A stretch of 64,000 nucleotides of DNA from Alphaproteobacteria bacterium (GTDB lineage: Bacteria; Pseudomonadota; Alphaproteobacteria; UBA828), in the NCBI GenBank assembly GCA_963667785.2, contig CAXXMU010000002.1, positions 608,001 to 672,000 on the forward strand, read 5' to 3'. The position numbers and the translations under genes were made by a program. Positions 1 to 9,757 of this stretch are shown piece by piece. The notes beneath the pieces were generated by a model. It was not told where the DNA came from. It saw nothing but the letters and a program-made list of their open reading frames with translations, and ran no database searches. Position 1 is the stretch's first letter. Each line of letters starts with the position of its first letter.

Positions 1-67
1 GCCGGCGCCGGCGGAACCGGGTCCCCGCCGTTCGATCTCAACTTCAATGTCAAAAGGGAGGTCTATC

Positions 68-1117
68 ATGCTGGAAAACAATCGATCGTATCGCACGGCG
101 CCCAGCCGTCGCCAGGTCCTCAAGGGCGGCATCGCCCTCGGCGGCGTCGCCGCCATGTCGTCCCTCGTTAGCGTCGAGGTCCTCGGCGCCGACGCGGCGA
201 AGGTCAATATGCAGCTCGGCTGGCTCGCCAGCAACGGCATCATGGGCGAGGTCGTGGCCAAGCGCACCGGCATCTACGACGAGCTCGGCATCGAGCTCGA
301 GGTCACGCCCGGCGGGCCCGGCGTGGACGGCGTCGCCTCGGTGGCGGCCGGGCGGGCGCAGGTGGGCCATCTCTCCTCCAGCCCGTCGCTGATGCTCGCG
401 CGCTCCGCCGGCATCCCGGTCAAGGCGTTCGCCGCCGGCTATCAGAAGCACCCGTTCACCTACTTCTCGCTCGCGAGCAATCCCGTCCGCACGCCCCAGG
501 ACATGATCGGCAAGACCATCGCCACCCAGCCGACGGCGGTGATCCTGCTCCGGGCGCTGCTGGCGAAGAACGGCATCGCCGAGGACCAGGTCGAGATCGT
601 CAAGATGGGGAGCGACATGAACCAGGTGATGACCGGCCAGGCCGCCGCCGTCACCGGCTGGATGACCAACACCAATGCGCTGAAGATTCTCGGTGACGAC
701 CGCGTCGACATGATGCTGTGGGACGCCGGCATCCAGCTCTACGCCAACGTCTACTACGCCACCGACGAGATGCTGGCCGAGCACGCGGATGTGCTGACCC
801 GCTTCCTCACCGGCTCGGCCCGCGGCTGGGGCGAGGCGCGCAAGAACCCGGAGGCCGGAGTCGACCACCTCGTGGCCGAGTACCAGAACCTGGACCGTGG
901 GAGCGAGCTGGAGGCGGTGGGGCCGGTGCTCGGCTTCTCGTTCAACGACGTGACGGCCGCAGACGGCTGGGCGGCCATGAACCCGGCCAACTGGCAGGCC
1001 CAGCTCGACACCTACGCCGAGCTCGAGCAGTTCCAGGGGCCGACACCGAGCGTGGACGACGTCATGACCTCCGATATCCTGGCGGCGACGGAGGCCGTGA
1101 GGAAACAGGTTGGATGA
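68..1117 (+). CDS. ABC transporter substrate-binding protein (NMT1/THI5/SsuA-like), Tat-exported
   Basis: Twin-arginine signal SRRQVLKGG; QLGW..NG and EVTPGGPG motifs of NMT1-like binding proteins; start set at ATG68 after GGGAGG. Confidence 0.85.
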   Translation: MLENNRSYRTAPSRRQVLKGGIALGGVAAMSSLVSVEVLGADAAKVNMQLGWLASNGIMGEVVAKRTGIYDELGIELEVTPGGPGVDGVASVAAGRAQVGHLSSSPSLMLARSAGIPVKAFAAGYQKHPFTYFSLASNPVRTPQDMIGKTIATQPTAVILLRALLAKNGIAEDQVEIVKMGSDMNQVMTGQAAAVTGWMTNTNALKILGDDRVDMMLWDAGIQLYANVYYATDEMLAEHADVLTRFLTGSARGWGEARKNPEAGVDHLVAEYQNLDRGSELEAVGPVLGFSFNDVTAADGWAAMNPANWQAQLDTYAELEQFQGPTPSVDDVMTSDILAATEAVRKQVG

Positions 1118-1929
1118 CGCCGGCCACCGCCGGGGCGACGGCAGGCGCTGAGGCGTCCGCCGCCACGGCGATCTCGGTACGCGACCTGTCGGTCCGTTTC
1201 GACGGAGACGCCGGCAGCGTCACCGCGCTCGACGGGGTCGGCTTCGAGGTGCCCGAGGCCGGCTTCGTCACCATGCTGGGGCCGTCCGGCTGCGGCAAGT
1301 CCACGCTGCTGCGGGCCATCGCCGACCTGGTGCCGATGTCCGCCGGCGCGATCAGCATCTTCGGCCGCACGCCGGAGCAGGCCCGGCGGGCGCGCGATTT
1401 CGCCTTCGTCTTTCAGGATGCGACGCTGCTGCCCTGGCGCAGCGTCATCGACAACGTCCGCCTGCCGCTGGAGGTCGGCCGGCGCGGCGGCGCCGTCGAG
1501 CAGCATGCGGAGCCGGAGGAGCTGCTGGCGCTGGTGGGCCTCCAAGGGCGCGAGGACGCGCTCCCCCACGAGCTCTCGGGCGGCATGCGCCAGCGCGTCT
1601 CCATCGCCCGGGCGCTCGTCTGCCGCCCCCGGGTGCTGCTGATGGACGAGCCCTTCGGCGCGCTGGACGAGATCAAGCGGGACAATCTCAACGAGGAGCT
1701 GCTGCGCATCTGGCGGGAGACCGGCACCACGATCATGTTCGTCACCCATTCGGTGCCGGAGGCAGCGTTCCTCGGCCAGAAATGCCTAGTGCTGTCAGCC
1801 CAGCCCGGCCGCGTCCTCGAGTACATGGACATCGGCTTCGCCTCGCCCCGGACCCTCGGCATGCGGGACACCATGGAGTTCGTGCAGGTCACCGCGCACC
1901 TGCGCGGCCTGCTGGAGACGGCGCGATGA
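1114..1929 (+). CDS. ABC transporter ATP-binding protein (NitT/TauT family)
   Basis: Walker A GPSGCGKST, signature LSGGMRQR, Walker B LLMDEPFGALD; ATGA overlap with the upstream stop. Confidence 0.92.
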   Translation: MTPATAGATAGAEASAATAISVRDLSVRFDGDAGSVTALDGVGFEVPEAGFVTMLGPSGCGKSTLLRAIADLVPMSAGAISIFGRTPEQARRARDFAFVFQDATLLPWRSVIDNVRLPLEVGRRGGAVEQHAEPEELLALVGLQGREDALPHELSGGMRQRVSIARALVCRPRVLLMDEPFGALDEIKRDNLNEELLRIWRETGTTIMFVTHSVPEAAFLGQKCLVLSAQPGRVLEYMDIGFASPRTLGMRDTMEFVQVTAHLRGLLETAR

Positions 1930-2762
1930 CCCAGGCGGAGGTCGGTGCCAGCGCCGCCAAGCCGCAAGCGGCGGCGGCAGGCGTGAGCAGCGGGAGGGCG
2001 AAGACGCTGCGGCGCTTCCGCTACGCGCCGGCCGTCGCCGCCGGCGCCGGCATGGTGATCGTGTGGCACCTCATCGTCACCGGCTTCGACATCCCCACCT
2101 ACATCGCGCCGAGCCCGTGGCAGGTGCTGCAGGTGTTCGCCACCCAGGGCGACCTCCTCTGGGTCAATTTCCTGCCGACCCTGCTGGAGGCGGTGTGCGG
2201 CTTCGCGCTGGGCAACACCATCGCGGTGTTGCTGGCGGTCTGGTTCGTGCACAGCGGGCTGGCGGAGCGCGCGTTCTATCCCATCGCTGTCTTCATCAAC
2301 ACGATTCCGATCATCGCGATTGCGCCGATCCTGGTGCTGATGCTGGGCAACGGCTACGAGCCCAAGATCGTCATCGCGGCCCTGATCTGCTTCTTCCCCA
2401 CGCTGGTCAACATGGTGCGGGGCCTGAAGGCGGTCAGTCCGCAGATGCTGGAGCTGATGCGCGTGCTCTCGGCCAGCGAGCGGGAGGTGCTGTTCAAGAT
2501 CCGGCTGCAAAGCTCCCTGCCGTTTCTCTTCGCGGCGCTCCGGATCGCTTCGACGACCTGCGTCATCGGCGCCATCGTCGGCGAGTGGATCGGCTCCAAC
2601 TACGGCCTGGGCTCCCTCATCATCGAGGCCACCTACAACTTCCGCGCCCCGCTGCTCTACGCCACGGTCATCCTGGGCGCCGGGCTCGCGGTGGCCTTCT
2701 TCGTCATCACCTCGCTCGTCGAGCGGATCGTCCTGAAGTGGAAGCCGGGTGAGGTCTATTGA
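1926..2762 (+). CDS. ABC transporter permease (NitT/TauT family)
   Basis: Multiple TM segments, FFPTLVN, IGAIVGEWIGS..GLG; ATGA overlap at 1926. Confidence 0.9.
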   Translation: MTQAEVGASAAKPQAAAAGVSSGRAKTLRRFRYAPAVAAGAGMVIVWHLIVTGFDIPTYIAPSPWQVLQVFATQGDLLWVNFLPTLLEAVCGFALGNTIAVLLAVWFVHSGLAERAFYPIAVFINTIPIIAIAPILVLMLGNGYEPKIVIAALICFFPTLVNMVRGLKAVSPQMLELMRVLSASEREVLFKIRLQSSLPFLFAALRIASTTCVIGAIVGEWIGSNYGLGSLIIEATYNFRAPLLYATVILGAGLAVAFFVITSLVERIVLKWKPGEVY

Positions 2763-2794
2763 GCCGACCGCGGCGGATAGCTGGAGGCAAGCGC

Positions 2795-4156
2795 ATGTCA
2801 TCGCCCGAAATCCTGACCCGGCCCGAAACCCGCGTGCCGGTCGTCGCCACCGCCGACGTGGTTGTCGTGGGCGGCGGGCCCGCCGGCCTGGCGGCGGCGG
2901 TCTCGGCTGCGCGCAACGGCGCCGGGGTGATCCTGGTGGAACGCTATCCCTACCTCGGCGGCCTCGCGTCGGGCGGCATGGTCCTGGTGCTGGACGACAT
3001 GCACAACGACACGGAGATCTCCGTGCGGGGCCTCGCCATGGAGATCATCGAGCGCATGCACGCCAAGGAGCTCTGCGTCTACCCGCCGGAGGCCGACCGC
3101 GACCCGGCGGTGCGCGCGACGGAAGAGATGTGGCGCAAGTGGTCGCGCTGGGGCGTGTTCAATTTCTATGCCAGCACGAAGCCCTATCCCATCATCTTCG
3201 CCGCCTCCTTCGACCCGGACGGCTTCAAGCAGGCATCGCTCGACATGGTGCGGGAGGCCGGCATCGAGCTCAGGCTGCATAGCTGGTTCCAGTCCACGAT
3301 CGTGGAGGACGGCCGGGCGGCCGGCGTGATCGTCGAGACCAAGGAGGGCGCGCAGGCCATCCGCGGAAGCGTCGTCGTCGATGCCACCGGCGACCTCGAC
3401 GTGGCCGCCAGCGCCGGCGCTCCCTACGCCGACGGCTCGTACATCGTCACCACGGTCTCCCGCATGGGCGGGGTGGACACGGACGAGGCGGAACGCTTCC
3501 AGTTCGAGGAGCCGGAGCGTTTCGCCGAGATCGACCGCCGCGCCCGGCGCCTGATCGGCGGCTGCTGGCAGCACTGGTGGCTGAAGACCCCGCTGCCCGG
3601 CATCGTCTGGTGCAACTGCCCGCACATGTCCGGCTTCGACGGGCTCAAGGTGGCGGACCTCACGGCGGCCGAATTCGAAGGTCGGCGGCGCATGCAGGCG
3701 CTGCTGGAATACGCCCGCGAGCACGTGCCGGGCTTCGAGCGCGCTTACGTCGTGGACTTCGCCCCGCAGACGGGTGTGCGCCAGACCCGCCTGCTCGAAG
3801 GCGAGTACGTGGTCACCGCACGCGACGTGAAGGAGCGGGTGCACTTCCACGACAGCGTGTGCCGCGGCCGCGACTACTACACCCCCTACCGCGCGCTGCT
3901 GCCGGTGGGGGTAGACCAGCTTCTGGTCGCGGGCCGCCACTACTCGGCGACGCCGCAGGCCCAGAAGATCAGCCGCGAGATTCCGCCCTGCATGGCCATG
4001 GGCGAGGCCGCCGGCATCGCCGCCGCCCAGGCTCTCGATGCCGGCGTCCTGGTGCGCGACGTCGACGTGCGCGGCATTCAGAGACAGGTGCGGGCCCAGG
4101 GCGGCGATCCCGGAGACCGGCCGGCCGAGAACGCGCTCGTGACGGAGGCCGCCTGA
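2795..4156 (+). CDS. FAD-dependent oxidoreductase (FAD_oxidored family)
   Basis: DVVVVGGGPAG Rossmann motif, VVVDATGDLD, C-terminal VAGR...CMAMGEAAG. Confidence 0.85.
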   Translation: MSSPEILTRPETRVPVVATADVVVVGGGPAGLAAAVSAARNGAGVILVERYPYLGGLASGGMVLVLDDMHNDTEISVRGLAMEIIERMHAKELCVYPPEADRDPAVRATEEMWRKWSRWGVFNFYASTKPYPIIFAASFDPDGFKQASLDMVREAGIELRLHSWFQSTIVEDGRAAGVIVETKEGAQAIRGSVVVDATGDLDVAASAGAPYADGSYIVTTVSRMGGVDTDEAERFQFEEPERFAEIDRRARRLIGGCWQHWWLKTPLPGIVWCNCPHMSGFDGLKVADLTAAEFEGRRRMQALLEYAREHVPGFERAYVVDFAPQTGVRQTRLLEGEYVVTARDVKERVHFHDSVCRGRDYYTPYRALLPVGVDQLLVAGRHYSATPQAQKISREIPPCMAMGEAAGIAAAQALDAGVLVRDVDVRGIQRQVRAQGGDPGDRPAENALVTEAA

Positions 4157-5346
4157 TGTCCCCGATGTCGTCCGAACCGGACCCCGGCGCCGGCCGCCCG
4201 CTTCCCCTCGACGGCGTGCGGGTTCTCGACTTCACCCAGGTGATGATGGGGCCGTCCTGCACCCAGATGCTGGGCGACTACGGCGCCGACGTCATCAAGA
4301 TCGAGCGCGTGGGCGCCGGCGACCTCTCGCGCTGGAGCGTGGGCGAGGACCCGGACGGCGGCAACAACCCGGTCTTCGCCAGCCTGAACCGCAACAAGCG
4401 CAGTGTCGCGCTCGACCTGAAGTCGGACGCGGACCGGCAGGCAGCCCTCGCTCTGGTGGAGAGCGCGGACGTGGTGGTGAGCAACTTCCGCCCCGGCGTC
4501 ATCGAGCGCATGGGGTTCGGCTACGACGACTTGCGCCGCGTCAACCCGCGCATCATCTGCGCGGTCGGCACCGGCTTCGGCCTGGAGGGGCCCTACGTGC
4601 ACAAGGGGGGGCAGGACGTGCTGGCCCAGGCCATGAGCGGCGCCATGCACCGCCGCGCCGATCCGGCGCTGCCCCTCTCGATCTATCCCACGGCGCTCGC
4701 GGACTACAGCGCCGGCATGCACCTGGTGCAGGGGATCCTGCTGGCGCTGCTGCAGCGCGAGAAGACCGGCGAGGGGCAGCAGGTCGCGGTCTCGCTCTAC
4801 AACTCCATGCTGGCGATGCAGATGCAGGAAGCGGCGATGTGGATGATGCGGGGCCGCGAGCTGAACTGGGCCGCCATGCCGCTCACGGGCGTGTTCGAGA
4901 CCGCCGACGGCGCCATCGTCGTGGTGGGCGCGTTCAAGGAGAATCCGCTGCGCGACATCTGCCGGGCGCTCGGGATCGACGATCTCTCGGCCGATCCCCG
5001 CTACGCCACCCTGGAGCAGCAGAGGACACACCGGGCGGTGCTGCAGGCGATCTTCCGCGAGGGCTTCGCCGGCGACACCACGGCTCACTGGCTGGCGCGG
5101 CTCGAGGAGGTCGACATCCTGTGCGCGCCGGTGGCGACGCTCGAGGACGCCCTGGACGATCCCCAGACATCCTGCAACCGTATGATCGTGGAGCTGGAGC
5201 CGACCGCCGGCGGGCCCGTCCGTCTCGTGGCCTCGCCCATCGACATGTCGGCGGCGCCGTTTGCGGTGCGCCGCGCCCCGCCGGCGCTGGGTGAGCACAA
5301 CGACGAGGTGCTGCCGCAGCCGCGCTCCAGCGAGCACGCCGCGTGA
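4156..5346 (+). CDS. CaiB/BaiF family (class III) CoA-transferase
   Basis: PLDGVRVLDFTQ..GP, GADVIKIE, NRNKRS, NFRPG, PPALGEH; TGATG coupling to the upstream gene. Confidence 0.92.
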   Translation: MSPMSSEPDPGAGRPLPLDGVRVLDFTQVMMGPSCTQMLGDYGADVIKIERVGAGDLSRWSVGEDPDGGNNPVFASLNRNKRSVALDLKSDADRQAALALVESADVVVSNFRPGVIERMGFGYDDLRRVNPRIICAVGTGFGLEGPYVHKGGQDVLAQAMSGAMHRRADPALPLSIYPTALADYSAGMHLVQGILLALLQREKTGEGQQVAVSLYNSMLAMQMQEAAMWMMRGRELNWAAMPLTGVFETADGAIVVVGAFKENPLRDICRALGIDDLSADPRYATLEQQRTHRAVLQAIFREGFAGDTTAHWLARLEEVDILCAPVATLEDALDDPQTSCNRMIVELEPTAGGPVRLVASPIDMSAAPFAVRRAPPALGEHNDEVLPQPRSSEHAA

Positions 5347-6110
5347 GCGTAGAGTACGACGTCGCGGGCGGCATCGCCCGGGTCACGCTGAACCGGCCCG
5401 AGCGGCTGAACGCCATCGACTCCGCCGCCGCGGCCTCTCTCGACGAGATCTGGACCGCGATCGACGGGGACCCGGCGATCCGCTGCGTCGTGCTCACCGG
5501 CGCAGGCCGCGCCTTCTGTGCGGGCGCCGACATGAAGGAGGACGGCCCCGACGGACTGGCCTACTGGGCCGCCACCGGCGACTACGGCTTCGGCGGCATC
5601 GCGCTCGGCGGGCGGCTCTCCGTACCCCTCATCGCCAGGGTCAACGGCGCCGCCCTCGGCGGCGGCTTCGAGATGGTGCTCGGCTGCGACCTCGTCGTCG
5701 CTGCCGAGAGCGCCGTCTTCGGCCTGCCCGAGCCGCGCGTCGGCCGTCTGCCGCTCGACGGCATGGTCCTCCTGCCCCGCCTGATCCCGCGCGCGCGCGC
5801 CATGGAGATGCTGCTGACCGGCCGCCGCATCGGCGCGGCGGAAGCGCTGGAGCACGGCCTGATCAATCAGGTCGTGCCGGACGCCGGGCTCGACGGCGCC
5901 GTGCAGGCATGGATCGACGACATCGTGGCGTGCGCGCCGCTCAGCCTGAAGGCGATCAAGCGTTCCGTCAGCGACACCGCGCAACTGACGATCCGGCAGG
6001 CCCGCAACGCCCGCCTGCCGAGCCTCGTCGAGGCGCTGCAGAGCCGGGACGCGCAGGAGGGGGTGCGCGCCTTCAGGGAGAAGCGGGCGCCCAAATGGAG
6101 CGGCGACTGA
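5343..6110 (+). CDS. Enoyl-CoA hydratase/isomerase (crotonase family)
   Basis: TLNRPERLNA, AFCAGADMK, GGGFE, FGLPE, AFREKRAP. Confidence 0.92.
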   Translation: MSVEYDVAGGIARVTLNRPERLNAIDSAAAASLDEIWTAIDGDPAIRCVVLTGAGRAFCAGADMKEDGPDGLAYWAATGDYGFGGIALGGRLSVPLIARVNGAALGGGFEMVLGCDLVVAAESAVFGLPEPRVGRLPLDGMVLLPRLIPRARAMEMLLTGRRIGAAEALEHGLINQVVPDAGLDGAVQAWIDDIVACAPLSLKAIKRSVSDTAQLTIRQARNARLPSLVEALQSRDAQEGVRAFREKRAPKWSGD

Positions 6111-6220
6111 CGCGCTTCGCGCGAGCGACCGTCTCGGCACGGCATCGGTTCGTATTGCCGTCGATTCCCATTTCTTCGATGATTCGCCATCCTGAGGTGG
6201 CGGACAGAGGCTGAGAATCG

Positions 6221-7144
6221 ATGCATGCAGCGGTGCTGCGGTACTTCGAGGCGGTCGCCGAGGACGGCTCGATCCGGCGTGCCTCGGAGCGGCTGCACAT
6301 CTCCCCCTCGGCCGTCAATCGGCAGATCCTGAAGCTGGAGGACGATCTCGGCACGCCGTTGTTCGAGAGGCGGCCGGACGGCATGCGGCTGACCGATGCC
6401 GGGCACCTGGTGCTGCGCCACGCGCGCGCCACCCTGCACGATTTCGCCCGGCTGCGCGGCGACATCGACAAGCTGCGCGGCGTCGTCAGCGGCGACGTCA
6501 CCATCACCACCGTGGACAGCCTGAACGTGCAATTCCTGCCCGAGACGGTGTCCGGGCTCATCGCGGCCCACCCGGCGGTGCAGATTCGCGTGATGGCCTG
6601 CGATCCGGTGACGGCCATGCAGGCCGTCGCCCAGGGAAACGCGGACCTCGGCCTGACCTTCTCGCCGGCCCTGCGCCGCGGAATCACCGTGCTCAAGGGC
6701 CTGCCGTGCCCGATGTGCGCCATCATGGCGCCGGACCATGCGCTGGCGGCGCGCAAGAGCGTCACCCTGGACGAGTGCGGCGCCTACCCGCTGATGTACC
6801 AGGACCACTCGGGCTCGATGCAGCTCTTCTTCGGCGAGGAGATGGAGGCGTTCAAGAACGCGCACAAGCCGATCGCGATCTCCAATACGCTGGCGATCCT
6901 GAAGCGACTGCTGCTGGGCGGCGTCGGGATCGCCTTCTACACGCGCCTCGGGTTCGCCGAGGAGCTCGCCGGCGGCCGCCTGGTCGCAGTACCGCTCGAA
7001 GGGGAGCGCCTGTCGACCCTGCGCCTCTGCCTGATCGCCCCCTCCGAGCGGAAGCCGACCGTGGCCGCCCACGCCGTGGCCGCGCATCTGCAGCAGGCGC
7101 TGGACCGGTTCGCTGCCGGCCTCCGCCCGTCTCTCACCGCGTGA
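6221..7144 (+). CDS. LysR-family transcriptional regulator
   Basis: N-terminal HTH GSIRRASERLHISPSAVNRQILKLE..LGTPLFER. Confidence 0.93.
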   Translation: MHAAVLRYFEAVAEDGSIRRASERLHISPSAVNRQILKLEDDLGTPLFERRPDGMRLTDAGHLVLRHARATLHDFARLRGDIDKLRGVVSGDVTITTVDSLNVQFLPETVSGLIAAHPAVQIRVMACDPVTAMQAVAQGNADLGLTFSPALRRGITVLKGLPCPMCAIMAPDHALAARKSVTLDECGAYPLMYQDHSGSMQLFFGEEMEAFKNAHKPIAISNTLAILKRLLLGGVGIAFYTRLGFAEELAGGRLVAVPLEGERLSTLRLCLIAPSERKPTVAAHAVAAHLQQALDRFAAGLRPSLTA

Positions 7145-7151
7145 CCGGGCT

Positions 7152-7595
7152 CTACGGCCCGGCGCGGCGGAGCGCGACGATGGGGATTGGGCGGGAGGTG
7201 GCGGCGCGGTAGGTGGCGTAGCGCGGATTCGTCGCGACCACCCTGTCGAACAGCCCGCCGCGTTCCGGCTCCGGCGTTATGCGGGCCTGGGCGGCGAAGC
7301 GTTCGCCACCGGTCTCGACGTGAACCGCCGGGTCGGCGGCGACGTTCAGGTACCACGCGGGATGGCGGTTCTGGCCGTAGTTGGACGCGACGACGAGGAG
7401 GTCGCCGGAGTCGTCGAAGCGGAAGTACGTCAGGGGCGAGGAGCGAGGCCTGCCGCTCCTGCGTCCCCTCGTGACGAGTATGAGAATGCCGCAGCCTTCC
7501 AGGCGGCCCAGCAGGCGGCCGCCCGAGAGGCGGAACAGGAAGCGGTGCAACGGGACGAAGAACCACGCGATGAGGAGGCGATTCCAGGTCGGCAT
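7152..7595 (-). CDS. Deazaflavin(F420)-dependent nitroreductase (Ddn) family protein
   Basis: TRGRRSG.PR..PL, VVASNYG...PAWYLN, Y..Y...TSR.IP motifs. Confidence 0.85.
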   Translation of the reverse strand: MPTWNRLLIAWFFVPLHRFLFRLSGGRLLGRLEGCGILILVTRGRRSGRPRSSPLTYFRFDDSGDLLVVASNYGQNRHPAWYLNVAADPAVHVETGGERFAAQARITPEPERGGLFDRVVATNPRYATYRAATSRPIPIVALRRAGP

Positions 7596-7632
7596 TGCCG
7601 GTTCCTTCGGCTGCGGCAGGCGATCCGCAGGC

Positions 7633-7709
7633 TGGCGCGCCCGGCAGGACTCGAACCTGCGACCCCTTGATTAGGAATCAAGTGCTCTATCCGGCTGAGC
7701 TACGGGCGC
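7633..7709 (-). tRNA. tRNA-Arg (anticodon CCT)
   Basis: Reverse complement GCGCCCGTAGCTCAGCCGGATAGAGCACTTGATTCCTAATCAAGGGGTCGCAGGTTCGAGTCCTGCCGGGCGCGCCA folds as a cloverleaf: CTTGA/TCAAG anticodon stem with CCT, TTCGA T-loop, encoded CCA. Confidence 0.96.
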
Positions 7710-7719
7710 GCGCGCCCCA

Positions 7720-7747
7720 TCGATAGCGCAGGCGGGGCTTTTGTCAA
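7720..7747 (-). promoter_or_regulatory. Probable sigma70 promoter of tRNA-Arg
   Basis: Perfect TTGACA (7747-7742), about 16-17 nt spacer, TATCGA-like -10 just upstream of the tRNA. Confidence 0.5.
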
Positions 7748-7758
7748 TCGGGCGTGCG

Positions 7759-9753
7759 TCAGAGCCTCATCCCCAGCGTCCGCCCTTCGTAGAAGGCCAT
7801 GCCCGCGGTGCGCGCCGCGACCATGTCGCCGATGGTGTGGACCTCGAGATCGTCGTCCGCCAGCGCGTGCGCGAGCACGTCGTCCACCGTGTTGGTGGTG
7901 GCGAGCACGAGATCGTCGAAGGTCATCTCCGTCGTCTCGCCGGTGTGGAGGCTGACGACCGTCGCCGTCTTCCCCGCCCAGCGCGTCAGCGCATGGCCGC
8001 AGAGCACCGTGACGCCCAGCCTGGCGAAGCGCTCGCGCGTGCTCGGGCCGAGGTGCGAGCTGTCGAGCGCTTCCGCCGGCTTCTCCGAGGCGGTGACGAC
8101 GGTCACGCCGTGGCCGTTCTCCGCGAGGTGGAGCGCGGTGCCCGAGGCGGGCCACCAGCCATTGATGTCGTCGAGCAGGAGCACCCGCTCGCCCGGCGCC
8201 GCCCGGCCGTCGAGAACGTCGTTCGCGCTGTGGACGTTCGCCTGGTCCGCGCCCGGCAGCGCGTCGACGTGGGGCAGCGCGCGCTGGAAGCCCGTGCGCG
8301 TCGGCACCGACCCGGTGCAGAGCACGACCGCATCGGCGCCGGAGCCGCGTACGGCCTCGGCCGTCATCTCGGTCCCAAGCCGGACCCGGACCTGCAGCTT
8401 CTCGAGCTGCCCCCGGTACCAGGCGAGCAGCTCGTCGATCTCGCCCCGCTCCGGCTGCGCCGCGGCGAGGCGGAATTGTCCGCCCAGCGCGTCCGCCTTC
8501 TCAACCAGCGTCACCCGGTGCCCGCGCACTGCTGCGACGCGGGCGGCCTCCAGTCCGGCCGGCCCGCCGCCCACCACCAGCACCGCGCGGGGCGCCTCGG
8601 CGGGCGCCGGGTCGTCGCCGTCCCATTCGTGCTCGCGGCCGACGGAGGGGTTGACCAGGCAGGAGATGTGATAGTCCCGCATGCGCCGCCCGATGCAGAG
8701 CTGGTTGCAGGAGATGCAGGGGCGGACCTCGTCCGCGCGCCCCTCGCGCGCCTTCCTGGCGAGGTGCGGGTCCGCGATCTGGCCGCGCACGATGGAGACG
8801 AGATCGCAGGCGCCGCCGGCGATGGCGGCGTCCGCCCGCGCGGGCGTCTTGACCCGCGCCTCGGCCGTGACCAGCGCGTGGCTCACCACCTGCTTGATCG
8901 CGGCGGCGTCCTCCACGCCGAGCGGCGTCGCGTGATGGAAGCCCGGAACGATGGACGTGAACCGGTTGATGTAGCTGCCGGTGCCGCAGGAGAAGTAGTC
9001 CGCCAGCCCGCGCGAATCGAGCCAGGCGAAGATCTCCTGCTTGTCGGCCATGCTGAGGCCGCCGGGGTAGGGCTCCGCGCCGGAGACGGTCATGCCGACG
9101 ATGAAGTCCGGGCCGCAGGCCTTGCGGATGCCGCCTGCGATCTCGGTCACGAAGCGGAGCCGGTTCTCCAGGCTGCCGCCCCAGCGATCGTCACGCCGGT
9201 TGGTCAGCGGCGACCAGAACTGGTCGATCAGGCAGGAGTAGCCGGCGAAGAGATCGACGCCGTCGAAGCCCCCCTCGCGGTCGCGCACCGCCTGGTCGAT
9301 GAAGGCCTGGATCAGCTCGGCGATCTCCGCCTCGCTCATGGCGTGGCTGCCCCAGGGGTCGTGGTGGCTCACCTGCCCCGAAGGCGACCAGTAGGGCGAC
9401 CAGGAGTTGTCCTGATCGCCGTGCGCGCCGACGTGATAGATCTGGTGGCACATGACGGTGCCGAAGCGGTGGCACTCGTCCGTGATCCTGCGGAAGTGGG
9501 GGATGACGGCGTCGTCGGCGAGGAAGTTGCCGCGCGTGAGCACGGCCGTCGGATGCGGCGGGGTCGGCTCCACCACGATCATGGCGGCGCCGCCGCGGGC
9601 GCGCTCGCGGTAGTAGCCGAGGTGGCGCTCGCGCGGCAGCCCGCCTTCCGCCATGTTGGCCGTGTGCGCGCCGAAGACGATGCGGCAGTTCAGCGTGTGG
9701 CCGCCGAGGCGCGCCGGGGCGAACAGGTGGGGGAAGCGTTCCGGCTCCGTCAT
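7759..9753 (-). CDS. NADH:flavin oxidoreductase (Old Yellow Enzyme domain with 4Fe-4S and FAD domains; FadH/TMADH/DgcA-like)
   Basis: LFAP..LG...LN.RIV, RARGGAAMIV, NRRDDRWGGSLENRLRF, CISCNQLC, CLVNP, VVGGGPAGLEAA; start 9753 or 9765. Confidence 0.88.
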   Translation of the reverse strand: MTEPERFPHLFAPARLGGHTLNCRIVFGAHTANMAEGGLPRERHLGYYRERARGGAAMIVVEPTPPHPTAVLTRGNFLADDAVIPHFRRITDECHRFGTVMCHQIYHVGAHGDQDNSWSPYWSPSGQVSHHDPWGSHAMSEAEIAELIQAFIDQAVRDREGGFDGVDLFAGYSCLIDQFWSPLTNRRDDRWGGSLENRLRFVTEIAGGIRKACGPDFIVGMTVSGAEPYPGGLSMADKQEIFAWLDSRGLADYFSCGTGSYINRFTSIVPGFHHATPLGVEDAAAIKQVVSHALVTAEARVKTPARADAAIAGGACDLVSIVRGQIADPHLARKAREGRADEVRPCISCNQLCIGRRMRDYHISCLVNPSVGREHEWDGDDPAPAEAPRAVLVVGGGPAGLEAARVAAVRGHRVTLVEKADALGGQFRLAAAQPERGEIDELLAWYRGQLEKLQVRVRLGTEMTAEAVRGSGADAVVLCTGSVPTRTGFQRALPHVDALPGADQANVHSANDVLDGRAAPGERVLLLDDINGWWPASGTALHLAENGHGVTVVTASEKPAEALDSSHLGPSTRERFARLGVTVLCGHALTRWAGKTATVVSLHTGETTEMTFDDLVLATTNTVDDVLAHALADDDLEVHTIGDMVAARTAGMAFYEGRTLGMRL

Positions 9754-9757
9754 CGCG

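Noticed and set aside
7596-7760. tRNA-Arg as an island integration site
   Set aside because: No integrase and no duplicated tRNA 3' end seen in the window
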